A DNA stretch of 63,860 nucleotides, counting the filler. It is 9 parts of 9 records of this genome, joined end to end, with 100 filler letters (N's around TTAATTAATTAA, not from the genome) between each part and the next. Parts side by side here need not be neighbours in the genome. Positions count along the whole stretch, not along the records: positions 9,779 to 16,328 come from SRR31156797_85310; positions 16,429 to 23,566 come from SRR31156797_85424; 7 more parts are not named here. One strand, given 5' to 3'. Made by a program: the position numbers and the translations under genes. The notes below the pieces were generated by a model. It saw nothing but the letters and a program-made list of their open reading frames with translations. It ran no database searches and was not told the DNA's origin. This document shows positions 9,779 to 17,609 of the stretch, piece by piece. Position 1 is the first letter of the stretch. The number at the start of each line of letters is the position of its first letter.

Positions 9779-11923
9779 AAGCAGTTTTTCGAAAAAATCC
9801 CTTTTCAAAACCGAAACGCCGGTGACCCCCAGAAAGAGGTCCAGCGGCTGCCAGTCTTCCTTTCCAAGATCGTCAATATGGGCGAATTCCTTTAGCCCCG
9901 GTTCTTTTTCATGGACACTCCTGATGTCCAGCCCCGTTGCGGAACCGTATGAAACCCTACCTTCCATGACCTTCATTAGAAAGCGACCGATGTTCCCGCG
10001 GCTCCCCAGCACCAGCGCATGCCGGTGCATCATGCATTTGCCGAGACCGTTAAAGATGGATTCAACGGCGCTGATGATGGAATAGGCGCAGGCTTCCGCT
10101 TCAACAATGTTTTTGTACCGGGATGTGGCGATGGTAAATGCGGGAAACGTCAGCCCTTGGCACGCCTTTTCCACCGCCTGCAAATGATAATAACCATTGG
10201 CCGTATGCTCGAATGTGGCGGGAACAAGATCCTTGAGCCACGCCTTCAACAAAATATCCCTTTGCATTTCGGATGGGGCTTCCACATGGAACAGTTTCAG
10301 GGCGTGGGCCAGTGTTTTTTGTTCATAACACAACCGGTTCAGTATGGGCGCCAGGTACCCGCCGTCCTCGATTAAGAGCAGTTTTCGACCTTCCTTTTCG
10401 GCCGCAAAGGCCTCTTTGAAAAAGAGATGTCCGGCGCTTAAGCGCATGGAGTCCAGGTAATTGCCCCGCAAGGTCCTGAGTGCCCGGTCAAGGGGGGCCA
10501 GACCTTTCAGGGGGGAATACTGGCGGGAGAGGATGTAGGCGCCGTCCACGGAATCGCGCAATTCAATCCGCTGCAGCGCAAAAAACAAAAAGCGCTGATC
10601 GGGCATGCTCAGCATGTCCTCCAGGTGAAAGCCCGGCACAACCCCCTGGTAGCGGATGAAAAGGGTGGTGAGGAATCCGCATCCGGAGACGTCCAGGGAT
10701 TTGACAAACCCCAGGACTTCCGATGTGGCGTGGTGAATCAGGAGAATGCGATAATTTTCGAGGATTCCTTGCTCCGTCCCTTTCTGGGTTTGGAGAAGGC
10801 TGGGCATCCGCCGCAGGTGTGCCTGCATGTCCGGCTGTTTCCGGGGCTCGCCCATGCTGATGTTGAGCATGGCCCCTTTTCTGGAGAGATCCATGTAGAC
10901 CCGATCATTTTTGTCAACCATCTCCAGGGTGTTCCCGGCGGAGAGGGTTTTGACAAGGCCTTCATCTTCCAGGAGCATCAGTATTTTGCTCAGAAGCAGA
11001 ACAAAAACCGAACCTTGATCCAGGAGGAGCTTTTCCGAAATTTCCTGTGTCCACCTGAATACGGCGCCGGTCATGTTTCTAAGCCCCGAGGCGATCAGCA
11101 GCTCAAAAAGGGCCGCCTGACGTCCCGGAATTTCAATGTACTCATTGTGTTGGTTCTGGCATTCCCGGTGGACGCCCGTGAAAATCTGTTCCGCCATGAC
11201 CGCGATGTCCTGGCGGTAATGATGGCGGCCGATTTCGTTAACCACCCGGTGGGGTATCCTTTTAAGAAACAGGCGCGACTGTGCGCCGTCTTCCATGGTG
11301 AGGCGCAGGAATCGTCCTTCACGGTCATATTCCAGCAGAATAAAATAGCCGTGCGCCCCTTCACAGGCGGTGTGAAAGGGGAAGAGCAGGGCCAAATTCC
11401 CATGATTTCCCGGGGCGCAGGCCCCGTCTTTTTCCCCTTCAAAGGCGCCGGGGAAGAGCAGACCGCCCCATGCGGGCGTTTGGACCGCATCAAAGGCGAG
11501 ACGGAGGTGACGAACAAAACCGTCCTGGCTTTCCAACAAGTTGCGCGTCACCGAACCCCGGGCGTAGACCAACACATGCCCGATGCCCAAATCCGCCAAT
11601 TCGGGCGTATTCTCGGAATCCACCATGACCCGGGTCAGGATGTCCACGGATGAATTGCGACACTCCTCCACCACCTGTTTGGCCAGGGAACTGACAAAAC
11701 CGGGAATCCCCGAAAAGACCCGCATATCCGTCATGTCAATGAGGAAATGGCCGTCTCCCTGTTCCATGAGGGGGATCCCGAAGGAGGTTAATTGGGCGCC
11801 GTGGGGCACGGGGGTATCCGGTTTCCCTTTTTGAAAACGCGGCGCATGCATGAGGTTGTTCAGGATTGAGCCGATCTGTTTTTTCGGGGTTCTGTCTTCC
11901 AATGATTTTTTTATCTCCCTCAA
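9779..11923 (-). CDS. Large protein with an unrecognised N-terminal region (~380 aa) and a divergent S-adenosylhomocysteine-hydrolase-like C-terminal region; 3' truncated
   Basis: Ordered AdoHcyase-like motifs: RILLIHHAT, LLIEDGGYL, FEHTANGYYHL, FPAFTIATSRYKNIVE, ALVLGSRGNIG, DLFLGVTG. TTG start overlaps the upstream stop. Confidence 0.7.
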
Positions 11924-12975
11924 TGATCATCCTCGCCGGTTCGAAGCCGCAGGTCCCCGGCCTTTTTTTTGAGTGTCTTGAAATAATCCGAACCGGTGAT
12001 TTTTTTCAAATCCGCATTTTGCTTGTTGCGATCGATCTTGACCTTCAGTATTCTGACCTGCTGCTGTAAATCATCTTCACGTTTTTTAACGGCCCGGACC
12101 ATATCCGAAAATACCCCTGCCATGGTTCCCAGTTCATCGGGACGACGGCCCATGGCATTCAATTTGTCCACATGGCTATAATCGCCTTGAGCCACCCGAC
12201 GAGCCGTATCCGTCAGGCTCATCATGGGGGCGGTAATTTTTTTAGATGAAACGGCACTTACGGCAAGACCGATCATCAGGACCACCAGGGTAACGGCGCC
12301 CAGGGTATAGAGTTCCTCGACCTGAATCACCTCTCGCATGGTGATCATGATGCTGCTCAACCAGGTAGCCAGGACCGTTATGATCAGCAGGTAGTAGACG
12401 GCCAGGATGGTGCGCATTTCGATGCGGGAAATCAGCAGGCGCGTCGCCTGCATGATGGGCGGTATCAAAATAAAGGCCCACAGGGTATCCGTGATGAAGA
12501 TGGGCAGAAAAAAACCGAACAGGGCCTGATGAATGGGGATCCGGCCAAGCCAGCATTCAACGCCCGTTGAAAAGGCAAAGGGGAGGCTGGAAGCCAAAAG
12601 GAGCAGCAGGAGCAATTTGGCAAAGGACGTAATGGAGTCCACCGGCTTTATGCCCACAATACGGGCCAGGCCCGGAATAAACCCCATGAGCCCATTGGCA
12701 ATGCTCCAGTGAACCGCAAAAAAAGGCCCTTTCCCGGCCACGGCGTATCCCAGCATGTCCCCCAGGCCGCCGCAGAAAAACCCCGCCGCGGGACCGTATA
12801 AAATGCCCGTAAACATGGGCAAAACCACCTGTGGGCGCAGTTCCGCAAAGGTGCATCCCGGCAGAGGATATTTTCCCGACAGGAAATTGGCAAACCCGTA
12901 GGCGCAACCGAAGGCGATGCATATGCCGGTAATTTTGAGGGCGGTTCGTGACGGCATTGATCGCGGCAGTGTCAT
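11920..12975 (-). CDS. ECF transporter S-component-like membrane domain fused to HAMP and a short helical C-terminal tail
   Basis: LRPQVVLPMFTGILYGPAAGFFCGGLGDMLG...WSIANGLMGFIPG (S-component-like); ITAPMMSLTDTARRVAQGDY...DELGTMAGVFSDM (HAMP); tail LKVKID...ITGSDYFKTLKKKAGDLR. Confidence 0.8.
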   Translation of the reverse strand: MTLPRSMPSRTALKITGICIAFGCAYGFANFLSGKYPLPGCTFAELRPQVVLPMFTGILYGPAAGFFCGGLGDMLGYAVAGKGPFFAVHWSIANGLMGFIPGLARIVGIKPVDSITSFAKLLLLLLLASSLPFAFSTGVECWLGRIPIHQALFGFFLPIFITDTLWAFILIPPIMQATRLLISRIEMRTILAVYYLLIITVLATWLSSIMITMREVIQVEELYTLGAVTLVVLMIGLAVSAVSSKKITAPMMSLTDTARRVAQGDYSHVDKLNAMGRRPDELGTMAGVFSDMVRAVKKREDDLQQQVRILKVKIDRNKQNADLKKITGSDYFKTLKKKAGDLRLRTGEDDH

Positions 12976-12980
12976 GCTGG

Positions 12981-13736
12981 TTAACGGTTCAACGCCCTTG
13001 CCACATTTCGTAAATCGGCGACAATGGGATTCTCCGGATAGCGAACGGCAAAAATGTCGTGGCTGGCCAGGGCCATCATGTGGTCGGAATGGGGGATGAC
13101 GGCCGCCACGGGGCAGCGGTAGGTGTTTGAAACCGTCTCGCGGATCTGTTCCACATCAAATGTTGACGGGGCTTTATTGATGAGGATCATCATTTGCGGC
13201 ACATCCAGCTCCCGCGCCACCTCAACGGTCAATCCGGTTCCCTGGTAGTCCTGATAATCAGGGCGCATGACCACCAGCAGGGCGTTTGAAATGGCGATGG
13301 AAAGCAGGGTCTCCTCATTCAGGCCGGGGTGGGTGTCGATCACCAGGACATCCAGGGCCAAGGCTTTGATCAGGTCTCTGAATCCGTCGCTCAGCAGGTT
13401 GATATCATATCCGTCATGGAGGACCCTGGCGATGTCGGCGGCATTGACGCTGGAGGGGATCAAGTAGGCGGCGCCGGCGCAGTTGGGCCCCAAAACATCG
13501 CTCACATCGCATGCGGTCTGTTCGATGGCGCATTTGCCCCAAAGATAATCGTTTAAGGAATAGACCGCGTCCTCTTCATCCAACCCGAAAATCACATGGA
13601 TGCCCGGAGACTGTATGTCCGTGTCAACAACGCCCACCCGGAGGCCGTCCATGGCGTAGAGGACCGCCAGGTTGGCGCTGGTATTGGATTTTCCCGTTCC
13701 GCCCCTGAATGAATGAACCGATATGATTTTGGCCAT
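12981..13736 (-). CDS. MinD/ParA-family ATPase
   Basis: KIISVHSFRGGTGKSN, VVDTDIQSPG, VIDTHPG, ILINK, VIPHS. Confidence 0.9.
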   Translation of the reverse strand: MAKIISVHSFRGGTGKSNTSANLAVLYAMDGLRVGVVDTDIQSPGIHVIFGLDEEDAVYSLNDYLWGKCAIEQTACDVSDVLGPNCAGAAYLIPSSVNAADIARVLHDGYDINLLSDGFRDLIKALALDVLVIDTHPGLNEETLLSIAISNALLVVMRPDYQDYQGTGLTVEVARELDVPQMMILINKAPSTFDVEQIRETVSNTYRCPVAAVIPHSDHMMALASHDIFAVRYPENPIVADLRNVARALNR

Positions 13737-13820
13737 TTTTCTGTTTCCGCCGTTATTTGAATCCCCTTTCATGGGAATATTGAACTATTTTTATTTTAAG
13801 CCGCTTTTTTCGAGGGAAAA

Positions 13821-13849
13821 AGTATAGGTCAGACGATCTTGGGAGTCAA
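13821..13849 (-). promoter_or_regulatory. Sigma70-type promoter for the MinD-like operon
   Basis: Minus strand TTGACT-N17-TATACT, about 85 nt upstream of the ATG at 13736. Confidence 0.7.
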
Positions 13850-13924
13850 TGGGAACCGACTGCATACCCGGATAAATCGCATAAGTAAAGGGTCAACTCC
13901 GCGTTTGTCTTTTCTTGCCGGATT

Positions 13925-14860
13925 TCATATGGCGGGCGGGCAATTCTTCTGGTTTTCCATGACTTGAATGATGCGTAGAAAGGTTTCGTTTACCGGCGCC
14001 GGAATGTTGTACTGCTTTGACAAACTGACCACCTTGCCGCCGAAAACCTCCACCTCGGTTTTTCTCCCCGCTTCCATATCCTGAAGCATGGAGGTCTTTC
14101 CGTCCGGTGAGAGGGTCCGGAGAACCTTGTCCCATTCGTCCAGGTCCTTTTCCGACAAGTCTACACCGGCGGGACCGGCCAGGGCAATCACTTCCCCCAT
14201 GAGGGACTCCATCACGGCTCTGGCTTCGGGCGACACCTGGAAAACCCCGTATGGCGCACCCATCACGGCCGATGCCTGGTTCATTCCCACATTGACCATG
14301 AATTTCCACCACATGATGCGGATCATGTCCTCCGGCGTTTCATAAGTGATTCCGGCCCGGTCAAATGCTTTCTGGACCCGCCGCACCCGTTCCCCGGGTG
14401 TTTTGTTTACGGCTTCCCCGAAGAAGTGGGTACCGGGTTTGCTGAAATTCACGCGATTTCCGTCACGAAGGGCATCAATCCCCACCGAAACGGCATAGAG
14501 CACCTTGTCCATCCCGTAGATGGATCCGATATACGGTTCACTGTCCAGCCCGTTCATGATGGAGATGATGGTGGTGTTTTTTCCGACCAGGTTTTTCAGG
14601 TCCCCGATGGCTTGAGGTAAATGGTGATGCTTCAGTGCGACGATGATGAGATCAGCGGGTTCATGAATCCGGTCCGGGTCGGACACCACGACTGAACAGG
14701 GCTTTCCGTTTACGACCAGGCCATCTCTTGAAAGTCGCCGTCCCCGTTCCCCCCCGGCCACCAGAGACGTGGAAAATGTTGAAACATCGGAAAATCGGGA
14801 CGCAAAAAATGAGCCCATGGCTCCCGCGCCCAGAATGGCTATGTTTTGAATGTGCTGCAT
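13925..14860 (-). CDS. panE: 2-dehydropantoate 2-reductase (ketopantoate reductase family)
   Basis: IAILGAGAMG, IIVALK, SIMNGL, WWKFMVNVGMN, SMLQDMEAGRKTEVE. Confidence 0.88.
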   Translation of the reverse strand: MQHIQNIAILGAGAMGSFFASRFSDVSTFSTSLVAGGERGRRLSRDGLVVNGKPCSVVVSDPDRIHEPADLIIVALKHHHLPQAIGDLKNLVGKNTTIISIMNGLDSEPYIGSIYGMDKVLYAVSVGIDALRDGNRVNFSKPGTHFFGEAVNKTPGERVRRVQKAFDRAGITYETPEDMIRIMWWKFMVNVGMNQASAVMGAPYGVFQVSPEARAVMESLMGEVIALAGPAGVDLSEKDLDEWDKVLRTLSPDGKTSMLQDMEAGRKTEVEVFGGKVVSLSKQYNIPAPVNETFLRIIQVMENQKNCPPAI

Positions 14861-14960
14861 CGGTTTCTCCTGTTTTCTCTTCGAGAGACGTTGGATATCC
14901 TTTCACGAATTCCGTAAGCACCTTACTCAATTTTACCTGGAACAACTCTAGCCGAGACCC

Positions 14961-15347
14961 TCACCAGATGACGTTTATATCGTATTTCTTGATCGTCCGA
15001 TCTCGAGATAGCAGGGGCATTTCTTCAATGACGGACTGGGCGATAAGGATTCGGTCAAATGGGTCCTTGTGAATTTCAGGCAATTTGCTGATGTACGTAG
15101 CGTGAGGAATCGTAATGGGCAGGGGTGAAATTCCGTTCTCTGACAACTGGTCAAGGAGAAAAAATTCCATTTCATCCTGGATGGACAGTCTTCCCAGTCC
15201 AACTTTAATCGAAATTTCCCAAGCACTGGCAGAGCTGAAATAAAGTTCGTTGCTTCGATCCCTCATGAGGGCATTTACATTTTTGGAGAGTCGCACGTCG
15301 TTTGAAATGAACCACAGAAATACATGTGTATCCAGAAGGTACTTCAT
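14961..15347 (-). CDS. vapC: PIN-domain toxin (VapC family)
   Basis: YLLDTHVFLW, SSASAWEISIK, HKDPFDRILIAQ. Confidence 0.93.
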   Translation of the reverse strand: MKYLLDTHVFLWFISNDVRLSKNVNALMRDRSNELYFSSASAWEISIKVGLGRLSIQDEMEFFLLDQLSENGISPLPITIPHATYISKLPEIHKDPFDRILIAQSVIEEMPLLSRDRTIKKYDINVIW

Positions 15348-15580
15348 CGGTTAAACGCCTCTAGAAGATCGTCCGGAAGGGGTGCATCAAAATCCTGTGA
15401 AATGGAAATCTTTCCTTTGGCCGAGCCTGGCACTCGATCGCCGCATGGCTTTTGAAAAGGCACGAGCTTGGCAACCGGCTTGCCGGACCGAGCGATGATA
15501 ACCTCCTCACCTGCGATCGCTTTCTTGATCAGCTTGGAGAATGTCGTCTTAGCGTCGTAAATGTTCACCTGAACAGTCAT
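15344..15580 (-). CDS. Phd/YefM-family antitoxin
   Basis: VNIYDAKTTFSKLI...GEEVIIARSGKPVAKLVP; 4-nt overlap with the toxin gene. Confidence 0.93.
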   Translation of the reverse strand: MTVQVNIYDAKTTFSKLIKKAIAGEEVIIARSGKPVAKLVPFQKPCGDRVPGSAKGKISISQDFDAPLPDDLLEAFNR

Positions 15581-15622
15581 TTTTGCCCCTCCATTGATTT
15601 CTTTGCATCAAACACTTCAATA

Positions 15623-15651
15623 ATTTTAGACCAGGTCCTTGGTCAGGTCAA
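15623..15651 (-). promoter_or_regulatory. Toxin-antitoxin promoter with an embedded palindromic operator
   Basis: Minus strand TTGACC-N17-TAAAAT; the spacer contains GACCA-N6-TGGTC. Confidence 0.7.
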
Positions 15652-15800
15652 GCCCAATTATTCCCACCTGGCGAAGAATTATATGGATAAATAGCCCCAC
15701 GGGTTGGAATTCTGGGTTCCAGGTGCAATGAGCAAAAAAGCAAACGATCATAAAGCGGCATCGGTTATGGGATTTTTCAAAGGCGGCAAAAGGATGGGGT

Positions 15801-16030
15801 CTATTGGTGCTTGACATCGCTTAATACGGCTGGCGCAGCTGGCCAAAAATTGCTGCATTCAGCCTGATCGCAGTTCCCACCGAACTGAGCCACGGCGTTT
15901 CCGTTGCCAAGGGGCATCTGCATTTTGCTTTCGTCGGGTCGTTGGGGTCGACCGTGCACGACGCATCAAGGCAACTGGCCCACGTTTGCTCGTTTTCGCA
16001 CACCAATGCCTTGAGATTTAGAGGCCCTCC
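15801..16030 (-). pseudogene. Frameshifted remnant of a Cys-rich (probably secreted) protein
   Basis: LVCENEQTWASCLDASCTVDPNDPTKAKCRCP..WLS, then a shifted frame reading GGNCDQAECSNFWPAA; no convincing start. Confidence 0.45.
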
Positions 16031-16096
16031 GGCCTGGATTGGGAAAAAAATTAAACAGAGCCCGGTGCCGCGAGGCATTCTCTCTTGACAGGTTTG

Positions 16097-16328
16097 CTAT
16101 ACGGATTCCGTTCCTGCCTTTGCCGGCCACTGAAATCCATCAGGCAAAGCCTTGTAGGTCGTAAGTTCAGCTGTCAGCATGTCGTGCAATTCCTGCATCC
16201 GGGCAAGGTTCGCTCTCTTACGCGATCCCCACGCCAGGTTGGTCATCTCCCCCGGGTCGTCGGTCAGGTTGTACATCTCATACTGGATCCGGGTCCCTTT
16301 ATCCGTGAAGTACACGGCATACATCCAG
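16097..16328 (-). CDS. Sulfatase-family protein, C-terminal fragment (5' truncated)
   Basis: QYEMYNLTDDPGEMTNLA is typical of sulfatase C-termini. Confidence 0.7.
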
Positions 16329-16428
16329 NNNNNNNNNNNNNNNNNNNNNNNNNNNNNNNNNNNNNNNNNNNNTTAATTAATTAANNNNNNNNNNNNNNNN
16401 NNNNNNNNNNNNNNNNNNNNNNNNNNNN
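16329..16428. other. Artificial contig spacer
   Basis: N44-TTAATTAATTAA-N44. Confidence 0.99.
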
Positions 16429-17183
16429 AGCAACACCTCTTGGGCCAACCGAATCGTCGATTCCCCGGCATAGAGCCTCGCTGTAACATCTCTGATTTCA
16501 GGAGGGTTCTCCTGCAGGTTGGTATCGAGAAGGATCAGGGGAATTCTACCTACGCGGATTGTCCAGACCTGCGCTGCAATGTCCGGACCGCTTCCGGGAA
16601 CGCGGACAATCAGATCTTTTCCATCTTTATCTTTTTCCTTTTTTAAAGGCAGATGGAAAAGATCGGTTTCAGGGTAGGTCTCCTGCTGCATTCCGTCCCT
16701 GTCCAGGTATTGGCGGAAGTATCCCTCTCGGTATAGCAGGCCCACGCCCACCAGGGGGACCTGCAACCCGGTTGCAGCTTTCAGGTGATCGCCCGCAAGG
16801 ATACCGAGCCCACCGGCAAACAGGGGCAGGGTTTCGTGGATTCCGAATTCCATGGAGAAATAGGCGACGGTTTCCCCCTGCGCCCAGGGTCTCCCGTTCT
16901 CTGTTTCGTCCAAAACCCTTTTTTCATAACGATCCTTTACCCGTGCCAAATGGGTGAGAAAGCTGTCGTCCTGTGCCAGCTCTTCCAGCCGTTCCTGGGG
17001 AAGAAGCGTTGCAAAAACAATGGGGTTTCGTCCTGAAGCCTCCCATAGTCGGGGATTGGCCCGCCGAAACAGCTCCATCGCGTCGTGGTTCCAACTCCAC
17101 CAAAGATTCCTAGAGAGTATCTCTAAAAAAGAAAGGGGTTTGGGAATATCGGGAAAAACTTGAAAAGTTTGAATCAATCTCAT
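16429..17183 (-). CDS. glgP: Alpha-glucan (glycogen/starch) phosphorylase, 3' truncated
   Basis: NLWWSW, VAYFSMEFG, GGLGILAGDHLK, VGLLYREGYFRQ, TARLY...RLAQE. Confidence 0.93.
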
Positions 17184-17219
17184 GACAACACTCCTTTTTG
17201 ATCACCAATCACTACTATT

Positions 17220-17531
17220 TTAAATTTCCACAACGGAATTTTCACAGGCCCCGAACGCACAGTCTACATATCGATCGGCATCCCAGTCATTTTCCCACGA
17301 AACTTGATCGATTAAATAGCGAAACTGGTAGGCCTTGCCTGGTGGAAGATCCAAAACAGCTTTGAACTCACCGCTTTTAAGTTTTTTCATGGGCGTTGCA
17401 ACGGTACTCCAATTGTTGAATTCACCCACAATGTGAACCGCAGTTGCTTTCGGCGCAGCGGTTTTTGGAAGCCGAAAGGTAACTTTACACACATTTTTTG
17501 TTTTAAGATACTGTTTTTTCAAGCTCACCAT
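17220..17531 (-). CDS. Isoamylase early-set / CBM48-like small protein
   Basis: KVTFRLP, VHIVGEFNNW, YQFRYLIDQVSWENDW; AGGAGG RBS before ATG 17531. Confidence 0.88.
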   Translation of the reverse strand: MVSLKKQYLKTKNVCKVTFRLPKTAAPKATAVHIVGEFNNWSTVATPMKKLKSGEFKAVLDLPPGKAYQFRYLIDQVSWENDWDADRYVDCAFGACENSVVEI

Positions 17532-17609
17532 ACACCTCCTGCAAAAAGGAATTAGGATGGATGATCGATCGGTTCTTTCAAAGATCAATCCCCCCATAAA
17601 ATAATTTTT

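Noticed and set aside
12981-13736. Calling this gene cell-division minD or flhG
   Set aside because: No minC/minE or flhF neighbours, altered Walker A, and no membrane-targeting helix.
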